Part shown: piece by piece, positions 9,353-17,910 of the stretch
Layout: every line of letters starts with the position of its first letter
How positions within the stretch are numbered: position 1 is the first letter of the stretch
From: an uncultured Clostridia bacterium
GTDB taxonomy: Bacteria; Bacillota; Clostridia; Oscillospirales; Ruminococcaceae
Assembly (NCBI GenBank): GCA_945910815.1
Contig: CAMDZD010000006.1
Location: 10,785-74,784, forward strand
DNA: 64,000 nucleotides
Direction: 5' to 3'
Notes under the pieces: model-generated
Seen by the model: the letters and a program-made list of their open reading frames with translations, nothing else
Database searches by the model: none
Told to the model about the DNA's origin: nothing
Translations under genes and position numbers: made by a program

Positions 9353-9922
9353 TTATCTTTCGTATCTTGAAAGTATATTCATAGCAACTTCTTTTCTTGT
9401 CTGACGGCTGTCCATAGCCTGTTTTTCTATATAGCGATGTGCCTGAGGTTCGGTAAGCTTCAAGTATTCCATTAATGCACATTTTGCACGGTTTATGAGC
9501 CTTAATTCGTCAATCTTCGTTAAAAGCTTGACATTCTCCCTCTTAAGTCCGAGCATTCTTGCTCTTGTAGCCTGAACGAGTTTTAATGACTGATGAAATA
9601 CTGAACGGTTAAGGGGTTTTGAAACTACGCATACACCAAATTCCCCGACTTTATCGGAAACATCATCTGCAATTTCCGCACGGCATATAAGAATTATTCC
9701 GGCTGTTGAGGATTCGGACATCATAACGGCAAGTTCGTGACCAAATTCGTCCGATACAGGAGTATTTATAATGATTATTTCGTATTCTGTCGTATCTATC
9801 AGACGACGAGCCTCACTTCCACTGTTGATTGCTGTAATTTGTGAATATCCGGCATTTTTCAGTAATTGTGCAACGGCATCAATTCCCTTTTCCGAACCTG
9901 AAACTATTAATGCACGTTCCAT
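9353..9922 (-). CDS. ANTAR-domain RNA-binding antiterminator with pseudo-receiver domain (AmiR/NasT-like)
   Basis: C-terminal INRAKCALM..LTEPQAHRYIEKQAMDSRQTRKEVA ANTAR motif. The receiver fold has SG in place of the acidic pair and N53 at the phosphoacceptor position; KP is retained. Confidence 0.9.
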   Translation of the reverse strand: MERALIVSGSEKGIDAVAQLLKNAGYSQITAINSGSEARRLIDTTEYEIIIINTPVSDEFGHELAVMMSESSTAGIILICRAEIADDVSDKVGEFGVCVVSKPLNRSVFHQSLKLVQATRARMLGLKRENVKLLTKIDELRLINRAKCALMEYLKLTEPQAHRYIEKQAMDSRQTRKEVAMNILSRYER

Positions 9923-9947
9923 AAAATAGTGCCTCCGTTTTTATTGA

Positions 9948-11195
9948 TTAGATGAATGGAAAATATCTTTTTTCTTCAAAATTATCTTTTGAGATTGTAT
10001 ATTCACGCCATGTATGCGAGATGTTATTCAGAATAAGAGTTCTTGTTTTTTCGTTTAAAACTGATTTTATAAAGTCGCTTTTGCAGGCGATTTCATAAGC
10101 TTCCGCAAGAGATAAGGGAAGTTTTATTTTTGTTTCGGATTCCGGAGGGAGTTCCTCTTTGTTTTTAATTCCCTCAAAGCCTGCGGAAAGTATCAGATTA
10201 AATGCAATATAGGGATTGCATGTTGCATCGGCTGAACGTACCTCAATAGTAGGTGATTCGCCGACAGCGTTTGAAATTCTTATAAGAGGCGAATTATTGC
10301 TGAAACTCCAGTTTATGTACTGCGGAGCATATCCGACTCCGAAACGCTTGTATGAATTTGTTGAGGGATTAAGAAAAGCAGTCATTTCGGGTATTCTGTT
10401 AAGTATTCCCGCTATGAAATAATTTCCCTCGTCAGAACCGATAATTTCAGTACCGTTTTTCTTTATGCCGAGGCATATATTCAGGATACTTCCGGGCTGA
10501 TTGCCGAGAGGTCTCGGCATAAATGATGCATAAAGACCGTTCTGCGATGCTATTGACTTTACGACTGTTTTATAGTGAACCATATTGTCCGCAGCGGTAA
10601 CAGGTTCGCTTTTTTTGAAGTCAATTTCATTCTGTCCCCAGCCATGCTTATGACATGAGCTTTTTGGATTAAGTCCCATTTCCTCAAGTGAAAGACAGAT
10701 TTCACGTCTTGTATTTTCGCACTTGTCAAGAGGTGCAACATCAAGATAACCGCCATGGTCATGCGGAATTTTAGTCGGTTCGCCGTTGTCATCAAGATTG
10801 AAAAGATAAAATTCGCATTTGGTAGCAAATTCGCATGAATATCCTTCCGAATTGAGTGACATTATTTTATTGTGGAGCTGTTTTCTCAAATCTCCGGAAT
10901 ATTCCGAACCGTCAGCGTTTTGTATATTGCAGAAAAATCTGACTACTCTGCCTGACTTTGGTCTCCAGGGGAGTACGGAAAGGGTTGAAATATCCGGAAC
11001 AAGCAACAAGTCCGAACATTCTCCGGTTATTCCGGAAGCGTCAAATGATATGCCGTGTTTGAAAGCTCTCGGGAGTTCCTTCGGCATAATTGCGATATTT
11101 TTCAGATTTCCGAAAATGTCGCAGAATGTGAGACGTATGAATTTAACATCATTTTCCTCTACAAAATTCAGTACTTCAATAGGTGAAAAGCTCAT
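9948..11195 (-). CDS. Glutamine synthetase type I homologue with degenerate active site (probable pseudoenzyme)
   Basis: Aligns end to end with GSI-alpha (VKFIRLTFCDIFG, FDASG, GGYLDVAP, GQNEIDF, FMPRP, NSYKR, EVRSAD..NPY), but several metal and catalytic residues are substituted (see findings). Confidence 0.85.
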   Translation of the reverse strand: MSFSPIEVLNFVEENDVKFIRLTFCDIFGNLKNIAIMPKELPRAFKHGISFDASGITGECSDLLLVPDISTLSVLPWRPKSGRVVRFFCNIQNADGSEYSGDLRKQLHNKIMSLNSEGYSCEFATKCEFYLFNLDDNGEPTKIPHDHGGYLDVAPLDKCENTRREICLSLEEMGLNPKSSCHKHGWGQNEIDFKKSEPVTAADNMVHYKTVVKSIASQNGLYASFMPRPLGNQPGSILNICLGIKKNGTEIIGSDEGNYFIAGILNRIPEMTAFLNPSTNSYKRFGVGYAPQYINWSFSNNSPLIRISNAVGESPTIEVRSADATCNPYIAFNLILSAGFEGIKNKEELPPESETKIKLPLSLAEAYEIACKSDFIKSVLNEKTRTLILNNISHTWREYTISKDNFEEKRYFPFI

Positions 11196-11223
11196 ATTAA
11201 AAAATCCTCCATTAAATTTATTT

Positions 11224-12027
11224 TTACAGAACTTTTTTTCTTAGTCTTTTAAGCTCCGAAAGGCTAAGGCAGTTCGGAAAGCTTTCATCATCTATTCTTG
11301 CGATACATTCATCAATATCTACCCAGCAGACTTCTGAAACTTCCGACTTATCAATTTTAATGTTTTTTATGTCAACGGGCTTTGTGTATATAAATACTGA
11401 TGCAAATTCCCTGTCAGTACGTTTTCCGAGTCTTGTATTGCATATCTTGAGTGACTTTTCCATTCCGATAAATTCAAGATTTCTGGGGTCGGCAGTAATT
11501 CCGAGTTCTTCCTGAAGCTCCCTTACTGCTGAATATCTTGATTCCTCACCGGCTGATGTGTGGCCTGCTGATGATACGTCATAGAAATCCGGAAAGAATA
11601 ATTTTTCCTTTGAACGTTTCTGCAAAAGTACGTATATTGACATATCAACACGGCGGATAATCCATATATGCGATGTAAGATGACCGTCTCCGTCACGATG
11701 TACGAGTGAACGTGGTTTTATACGGTTTGTAACATGTTCGTTTTCGTCTACTATATTCAGAAATTCCTCGTCATATACTGAAAAAGAAAAATTACTGTTT
11801 TTCTCCGAAACTTTATAGAATATATCAAGTATGCCGTCAATAGTGCTGTTGCTTATATTCTCATTGGAAATATATATATCAGCATTAAGTGATTTTATTT
11901 CATTAAGACAATCATAGAGTGCGTCAAGATTTTTTCCGTAATATTCGGGAAATCCAAGTTTTTCTGCAAGTTCCTTATGCAGTTCCGCCGGTGAAAAGCG
12001 TCTGCTCAGAAAAATTTCAGTATCCAT
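11224..12027 (-). CDS. Barstar-like RNase inhibitor fused to a Nudix/IDI-type hydrolase
   Basis: N-terminal LHKELAEKLGFPEYYGKNLDALYDCL (barstar signature); C-terminal LLQKRS..K..FP..YDVSSAGH..AGEE...AVRELQEELGI (Nudix box). Confidence 0.85.
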   Translation of the reverse strand: MDTEIFLSRRFSPAELHKELAEKLGFPEYYGKNLDALYDCLNEIKSLNADIYISNENISNSTIDGILDIFYKVSEKNSNFSFSVYDEEFLNIVDENEHVTNRIKPRSLVHRDGDGHLTSHIWIIRRVDMSIYVLLQKRSKEKLFFPDFYDVSSAGHTSAGEESRYSAVRELQEELGITADPRNLEFIGMEKSLKICNTRLGKRTDREFASVFIYTKPVDIKNIKIDKSEVSEVCWVDIDECIARIDDESFPNCLSLSELKRLRKKVL

Positions 12028-12053
12028 AAAAAAAGCTCCTTTAAACTTTGTAA

Positions 12054-12656
12054 TTAATATAGCTGTTCAAAAGTCTGATAATGGTCATTTGTATAGAAAA
12101 TAAGACCGTCATTTGAAAATATAATGCGTTCAGCACCTCTGAAACCGCCGTTATAGTTCACATCACATTCTGTCCATATTCTTCCTTCGGAATCGGGGAG
12201 AAGTCCCTCATAGTTTCCGAATCTGTCTCCGCCTATGCTCATACCGTCAGCGACTTCCCATAAATTGCCCTTTTTGCTGTCCCAGCCGAGTGCAATTGCA
12301 TCATCTTTTTTGATGAAATTATGTGGAAGTGTTCCGAATGTATGTATATATTCCGCAACATCTTCGGGAGTGGTATAGCTACCGGATTCGAGTATAATAT
12401 TATTGTCTGCCGTTATTGGTTCTGTTTCCGTTTCAGAATTATAATAACTGGTATCGGGTTTAGCGGAAGTGATAATTTCAGTTTCTTCGGAATATTCTTC
12501 CGTATCATTATCAGACTGGGGAATTTCTGAAATTTCACTTTCTGAAACAATGCTTTCTTCCGGAATAAATTCAAATGCATTGTCTTTAAGTACGATTCCG
12601 AGAACTATCAGAATTATCATACCGGCTATACTTAAAAATATTTTTTTGTTTTTCAA
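12054..12656 (-). CDS. Membrane-anchored barnase-like guanyl-specific ribonuclease
   Basis: Start refined to TTG 12656 (RBS AAAGGAGA). N-terminal TM, acidic S/E/T linker, barnase-like domain (LPHNFIKK, SIGGDRFGN, WTECDVNY, GFRGAERI, DHYQTF) with catalytic Glu and His retained. Confidence 0.92.
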   Translation of the reverse strand: MKNKKIFLSIAGMIILIVLGIVLKDNAFEFIPEESIVSESEISEIPQSDNDTEEYSEETEIITSAKPDTSYYNSETETEPITADNNIILESGSYTTPEDVAEYIHTFGTLPHNFIKKDDAIALGWDSKKGNLWEVADGMSIGGDRFGNYEGLLPDSEGRIWTECDVNYNGGFRGAERIIFSNDGLIFYTNDHYQTFEQLY

Positions 12657-12682
12657 GTCAAATCTCCTTTCCTGCACAATCA

Positions 12683-12711
12683 ATTATATACCCACTTTAA
12701 TGAAATGTCAA
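12683..12711 (-). promoter_or_regulatory. Consensus sigma-A promoter for the RNase / barstar-Nudix / GS-like / ANTAR operon
   Basis: Minus strand TTGACA (12711-12706) - 17 bp - TATAAT (12688-12683). Confidence 0.85.
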
Positions 12712-12722
12712 TCATTATTGCG

Positions 12723-12757
12723 AAAAAAATCGGGACAGATTAGCAAATCCGTCCCGA
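12723..12757 (-). terminator. Intrinsic terminator after amt-PII
   Basis: Minus strand TCGGGACGGATT-TGCT-AATCTGTCCCGA-TTTTTTT. Confidence 0.85.
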
Positions 12758-12775
12758 AATGTTGGAGAAATTTTA

Positions 12776-14518
12776 TTAATAGTCATCGCCCTGAAGTGCA
12801 TCATAGCCCTGCTCACCTGTACGAACTTTAACAACGTTTTCAACGTCATAGATGAACATTTTTCCGTCGCCGATATTTCCTGTATAGAGAGCCTCTTTTG
12901 ATGCCTCAATAACCTTTTCAACCGGTATCTTTGATACGACAGCCTCAACCTTTACCTTTGGAAGAAGTGTTGATGCCTCATCTTTAACACCACGGTAATA
13001 TACATCGTGACCTTTCTGTGTGCCGTATCCGAGAACCTGTGTTACTGTAATACCCTTTACGCCAACCTCCATAAGCTTCTGCTGTAAAGCCTCAAGCTTA
13101 TTCTGCTTGCATATGATACTGATTTTTGTGAGCTTTGCCTCTGTTCCGGAAGTTTCGGAAACTTTCTTGACAGCGGGAGCTTCAACGGGAATAGGCGGTT
13201 CAGGAACTTCAATTCCAGCCTTGTGAGCCTGCTTATCCATCTGCTTGATTGAATCAATAGACGGCATAAAGTCTGCATATGATGATGGAAGATTATGTTC
13301 AGTAGCGTCAAGACCGATGATTTCTTCTTCAGCTGATGCTCTGAGTCCGATTGTAGCCTTGATTACAAGGAATGTAATTGTAATTGTAACTGCTGTCCAC
13401 GCACCTACTGTAAAGATTCCGGCAAGCTGTTTGCCGAGGAGACCAAAACCACCGCCATAGAATAAACCGTTAAGAGTGTTTGAAGGTGCGGAATCTGTTG
13501 CAAAGAGACCTACTGCTATTGTACCCCATATACCGTTCATCATGTGAACTGCAACTGCACCTACCGGGTCATCTATATGGAGAACATAGTCAAGGAGCCA
13601 TACGCCGAATGGTACAAGCAGACCTGAAACGATACCAACAAATATTGCACCGACAGAGTTCATAACATCACAGCCTGCTGTTATACCTACAAGACCTGCA
13701 AGTGATGCGTTAAGACACATTGAAACATCAGGTTTGCCGTATTTAAGCCATGTGAAAATCATACATACAAAAGTTGCAACGGCAGGAGCGATTGTAGTTG
13801 TTACGAAAATTGAGCCAAGCTGTGGGATTGATGTTGCAGCTGCACCGTTGAATCCGTACCAGCCAAACCAGAGTATAAAACAGCCTAATGCACCAAGTGT
13901 AAGTGAATGTCCGGGGATTGCTTTTACTTTTATTACCTTGCCGTCTTTGTCAGTTTTGAATTTTCCTATACGTGGGCCAAGGATTTTTGCACCGATAAGT
14001 GCTGAAATACCGCCTACCATATGAATTGCACATGAACCTGCGAAATCGTGGAATCCCCATTGAGCAAGCCAGCCACCGCCCCAAATCCAGTGAGCCTCGA
14101 TAGGATAAATAAGTGCGGAAATTACTGATGAATATATACAATATGAAATGAATTTCGTTCTTTCTGCCATTGCACCTGATACTATTGTAGCAGTTGTAGC
14201 ACAGAATACAAGGTTAAAAACAAAACTTGACCAGTCGAAATTCTGATAATCTGTAATAATATCGAATCCGGGCTTGCCGAGAAGTCCGGCAACGTCCTCG
14301 CCTAAAAGAAGTCCGAAGCCTATAAGTATAAATACTACTGTACCTATGCAGAAATCCATAAGGTTTTTCATTATGATATTTCCGGCATTTTTAGCTCTTG
14401 TGAAACCGGTTTCAACCATTGCAAATCCGCACTGCATAAAGAATACAAGTGCTGCACCAATCAGAAACCATACACCGAATACTTCACCCGATACAGCTTC
14501 CATAATATTTTCATTCAT
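12776..14518 (-). CDS. amtB: Ammonium transporter (Amt) fused to a C-terminal PII (GlnK/GlnB-like) domain
   Basis: Amt motifs FMQCGFAMVETG, HWIWGGGWL, HDFAGS..IH, WFGWYGFNG, DDPVGAVAVH. Pro-rich linker, then PII motifs VKGITV..V.GYGTQKG...YRG, LPKVKVE, TGNIGDGKMF. Confidence 0.95.
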   Translation of the reverse strand: MNENIMEAVSGEVFGVWFLIGAALVFFMQCGFAMVETGFTRAKNAGNIIMKNLMDFCIGTVVFILIGFGLLLGEDVAGLLGKPGFDIITDYQNFDWSSFVFNLVFCATTATIVSGAMAERTKFISYCIYSSVISALIYPIEAHWIWGGGWLAQWGFHDFAGSCAIHMVGGISALIGAKILGPRIGKFKTDKDGKVIKVKAIPGHSLTLGALGCFILWFGWYGFNGAAATSIPQLGSIFVTTTIAPAVATFVCMIFTWLKYGKPDVSMCLNASLAGLVGITAGCDVMNSVGAIFVGIVSGLLVPFGVWLLDYVLHIDDPVGAVAVHMMNGIWGTIAVGLFATDSAPSNTLNGLFYGGGFGLLGKQLAGIFTVGAWTAVTITITFLVIKATIGLRASAEEEIIGLDATEHNLPSSYADFMPSIDSIKQMDKQAHKAGIEVPEPPIPVEAPAVKKVSETSGTEAKLTKISIICKQNKLEALQQKLMEVGVKGITVTQVLGYGTQKGHDVYYRGVKDEASTLLPKVKVEAVVSKIPVEKVIEASKEALYTGNIGDGKMFIYDVENVVKVRTGEQGYDALQGDDY

Positions 14519-14589
14519 AAAAAATCACCCTTTGCTTACTGATTTTGTCAAAACTGCTTTGAATTATTTTTAAGGAGGTACCTTCCCTG

Positions 14590-14648
14590 AAAATAATAAA
14601 AAGATGCCGAAAAGAAGTTTTCTTCAAACCCTTTTCAGCACCTTTGCT
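14590..14648 (-). promoter_or_regulatory. Leader attenuator: ANTAR-type hexaloop hairpin overlapping an intrinsic terminator
   Basis: Minus strand AGC-AAAGGT-GCT hairpin (14648-14637). Its loop and 3' side form the 5' arm of a ~20-bp stem (14645-14600) followed by TTTTTATTATTTT. Confidence 0.75.
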
Positions 14649-14660
14649 GTCTATGGTTAT

Positions 14661-14689
14661 ATTATATTCCCAAAAGGAAAAAAAGTCAA
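14661..14689 (-). promoter_or_regulatory. Sigma-A promoter of amt-PII
   Basis: Minus strand TTGACT (14689-14684) - 17 bp - TATAAT (14666-14661). Confidence 0.85.
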
Positions 14690-14847
14690 CTGTTATACTG
14701 CAAGATAATTTCTGCCCGAAACGGTAATTTTTTGTAAAATCCGCAGACCGGAAAAGTAAAATTCTGATTATACTTTGATTTTTAAAGCAAAAGGCTTTTC
14801 TGACTGATTATATTAAACTTATTTTGCCGAAAAACTTAACTGTATCG

Positions 14848-14875
14848 AAAAAAAGAGCAGTCCGCAGACTGCTCT
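14848..14875 (-). terminator. Intrinsic terminator after the aminotransferase
   Basis: Stem AGAGCAGTC/GACTGCTCT with 4-nt loop, followed by a T-tract on the minus strand. Confidence 0.8.
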
Positions 14876-14883
14876 GTGAATTA

Positions 14884-16158
14884 TTATTCGGCAAGAAGTT
14901 TTTCGGCACTTGCAAGCTTGACGCATATTACGAAAAGCTCCATAGCCTTCGAGAGTTCCTCAACAGTAGGATAAGACGGAGAAATTCTGATATTCTTGTC
15001 TTCTGGGTCTTTCTTGTACGGGAATGTTGCACCTGCACCCGTGAGAACTACGCCTGCATTCTTGCAGAGTTCAACAATTCTCTTAGCACAGTGCGGGAGT
15101 GAGTCAAAGGAGATGAAATAACCGCCCTTAGGGTCAATCCACGAGCCTATTCCGAGAGGTCTTATTTCCTTTTCGAGCATATTTATAACGCAGTCGAATT
15201 TCGGACGGAGTATAGCCTTGTGCTTTTTCATATACTTAACCATATTGTCAAATGTTCCGAAATATTTTACATGGCGGAGCTGATTTAACTTGTCATAGCT
15301 TATAGTACATACTGAAAGTGCTTTTTTAAGACTTTCGATATTTTCCTTGCTTGCACCAATCATTGCAACGCCTGCACCGGGGAAAGTAATTTTTGAAGTT
15401 GAACCGAATATATAAACAATATTTTCGTTTCCTGCCTTTTTCGCCTCGTCAAGAATATTAAGTATATATTTCGGATTATCGCAGAGGTGATGGATTGTAT
15501 AGGCGTTATCCCAGAAAATTCTGAAATCCTTAGCAGAGGGCTTGAGATTTGCAAAGCGTCTTACAGTTTCATCGGAATAGCATATGCCTTCCGGATTTGA
15601 ATACTGCGGAACGCACCAGATACCCTTTATTGATGAATCTTCTGCAACAAGCTTTTCAATCATATCCATATCAGGGCCATCGCTTTTCATAGGAACGGGA
15701 ATCATTTCGATTCCGAAAAATTCGCATATTCCGAAATGTCTGTCATATCCGGGGGAGGGACAGAGGAATTTTACATTGCCCTGTTTTGACCATGCAGGTT
15801 CGCCGAGTATTCCGTGAGTAAATGCAACCTGTACTGTCCAGTACATTATATTAAGGCTGGAATTTCCGCAAACAATTATTTCGTCCTCGGAAACTCCGAG
15901 CATAGGAGCGAAAAATTTCTTAGCTTCGGGGATACCGTCAAGAATACCATAGTTTCTGTAATCGTTTCCGTATTCGCTGGCAATTGTTTCTTCGTTAAGG
16001 ACGTTGAGCATACCCATACTCAAATCGAGCTGTTCAGAGGAGGGCTTTCCTCTTGACATATCGAGTTTAAGACCGAGTGCTTTAAAGTCATCGTATTCCT
16101 TCTGAACTTTGTTTTTAAATTCAAGAAGTTGATTTTTGTTCATCTGCTTTAATTCCAT
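14884..16158 (-). CDS. PLP-dependent class I/II aminotransferase (aspartate aminotransferase-like)
   Basis: Start refined to ATG 16158 (RBS AAAGGAGA). LDMSRGKPS, CPSPGYDRHF, WDNAY, STSKITFPGAG (PLP Lys), KGGYF and NIRISPS motifs. Confidence 0.9.
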   Translation of the reverse strand: MELKQMNKNQLLEFKNKVQKEYDDFKALGLKLDMSRGKPSSEQLDLSMGMLNVLNEETIASEYGNDYRNYGILDGIPEAKKFFAPMLGVSEDEIIVCGNSSLNIMYWTVQVAFTHGILGEPAWSKQGNVKFLCPSPGYDRHFGICEFFGIEMIPVPMKSDGPDMDMIEKLVAEDSSIKGIWCVPQYSNPEGICYSDETVRRFANLKPSAKDFRIFWDNAYTIHHLCDNPKYILNILDEAKKAGNENIVYIFGSTSKITFPGAGVAMIGASKENIESLKKALSVCTISYDKLNQLRHVKYFGTFDNMVKYMKKHKAILRPKFDCVINMLEKEIRPLGIGSWIDPKGGYFISFDSLPHCAKRIVELCKNAGVVLTGAGATFPYKKDPEDKNIRISPSYPTVEELSKAMELFVICVKLASAEKLLAE

Positions 16159-16432
16159 TGCTAATATTCTCCTTTGTGCAGTAATGCAGTTTTTACATTG
16201 ATAGTATATCACATATTTCACGCTTTTTCAAGTATTATTTTCACTAAATTATAATTATCGCATTAATCTAAAATTATGCTGATTATCAGAAAATTGCTTT
16301 GCAAATATGGAATAAGCAGGGGTAATATAACTATTTGTATAATTTTAATTGAATTTAGTCGTTATTATGCACAATTTAAACGTTTAAGGTTTATAAAAGC
16401 ATACAAATTTGTTGCGTTTTACGGATTTTCTC

Positions 16433-16461
16433 TTGACAAATTATACTTTTTGCAATATAAT
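16433..16461 (+). promoter_or_regulatory. Consensus sigma-A promoter
   Basis: TTGACA (16433-16438) - 17 bp - TATAAT (16456-16461). Confidence 0.8.
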
Positions 16462-16522
16462 ATAATCATAGAGAGAAATAAATTATTTATTAAGAGATTC
16501 ATTTTTAAAGGGAGGAATCGTT

Positions 16523-17836
16523 ATGAAAAATAATATAATATCAAAAATAATAACTTTCGCTATGACTACTGCTTTATGCTTTACAACCGTACCTTTTCAG
16601 GCTTCTGCATATGAACTCGCAACAGTTGATATTGAAAGCAATGAAGAAATAGTTGCTGAAGCTGATGAAGCTGAAATTATAGAAATTACTCAACAGCTTT
16701 CTATGAGCCTTTACGATTCCAACAGCTATGACGGATATTCATACAGTTCACTCCTCGATTCAAATAATATTACTGTTTATAATTCACTTGTATCTCTTGC
16801 AGACCCCACAGATAATCCTTTGAGAGTAAACCTCCCTGAAGAAGTAAGAGTTAATCTCGGTTCAAAAAATCCTGATGAACCTCTCACCGATGAAGAAAAA
16901 GATATAATCTCACAGCAGATTGCAACTGCAATTTATTCCGGATATGGTTTTCTCCTCCTTGACCACCCCGAAATTTTCTGGACAGCTCCTACTTTTACAT
17001 TCTCATATACAGGCATTTATGAAGTAAATAACCTTACAAATGAAACTGTATTCAAAGTAAAGGATATTACTTTCTATTTCCAGCTTGATACCGATTTTGA
17101 GGGCGACATGGATTATGCAAGAAGATGTAAAGACCAGCTTTTCCGTGAAATAGGCAATTTCCCGATAGAGGGCGAAACAAGATACGAAAAAATCAAGAGT
17201 ATTCACGACCACCTTATTCAGACAGTATCATACAATAAAGATGCAGTTTTTGCACACAGTGTCATCGGTTCTCTTATTTACGGCGAATCAGTATGCGAAG
17301 GCTATTCAGAAGCTTTCAAGCTTATATGCGACCGTGAAAATATCCCCTGTATAGTAGTTGTAAACGGTAACCATATGTGGAATCAGGTTAAAATGGAAGA
17401 CGGTAAATGGTACGCAATAGATGTTACCTGGGACGACAGAGATTTTGTTGAAGAACTTACCGGCAGTGACGTTGCATATGATTACTTCCTCAAAGGTATG
17501 AACAGCTTTATAATGAGTCATTTCCCGATATCAAGCTTATACGGAATAGCATACAAAACCCCTAATCTTTCAAGAAAAGATTATGATTGTGACCCACAGC
17601 CACCTGCACCTTTAAACAATGATAATAATTCAGATATTCCGGTTCTCCGTTCTCCCGAAGAAAATGCCGATTTGGACGGCGATGGTGTAGTAAGTATAGC
17701 TGATGCTGTTATATGTACTGCAACAGTTCTCTCATTTGATTCAGAACAGGAATGTGATATAAATAATGACGGTGTCACAAATGCATTTGATATTATCACT
17801 CTTAAAAGAATAATAAAGAGAAGCAGACAGGAATAA
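16523..17836 (+). CDS. Secreted transglutaminase-like (Cys-His-Asp) protein with C-terminal dockerin
   Basis: Signal peptide; VCEGYSEAFKLIC, NHMWNQV, WYAIDVTWD core; C-terminal ADLDGDGVVSIAD...DINNDGVTNAFDIITLKR dockerin. Confidence 0.85.
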   Translation: MKNNIISKIITFAMTTALCFTTVPFQASAYELATVDIESNEEIVAEADEAEIIEITQQLSMSLYDSNSYDGYSYSSLLDSNNITVYNSLVSLADPTDNPLRVNLPEEVRVNLGSKNPDEPLTDEEKDIISQQIATAIYSGYGFLLLDHPEIFWTAPTFTFSYTGIYEVNNLTNETVFKVKDITFYFQLDTDFEGDMDYARRCKDQLFREIGNFPIEGETRYEKIKSIHDHLIQTVSYNKDAVFAHSVIGSLIYGESVCEGYSEAFKLICDRENIPCIVVVNGNHMWNQVKMEDGKWYAIDVTWDDRDFVEELTGSDVAYDYFLKGMNSFIMSHFPISSLYGIAYKTPNLSRKDYDCDPQPPAPLNNDNNSDIPVLRSPEENADLDGDGVVSIADAVICTATVLSFDSEQECDINNDGVTNAFDIITLKRIIKRSRQE

Positions 17837-17910
17837 TTTAAATTCTGACAAAAAAATCTGAAAAATAACAACAGCAAGGGCGTCCTTAAAAAGAACGCCC
17901 GTATTTTTTG

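Noticed and set aside
10819-11244. 141-aa ORF antisense to the GS-like gene (Clostridial glnA loci can have antisense RNAs)
   Set aside because: No convincing promoter or RBS, and the protein has no motif. Antisense transcription cannot be supported from sequence alone.
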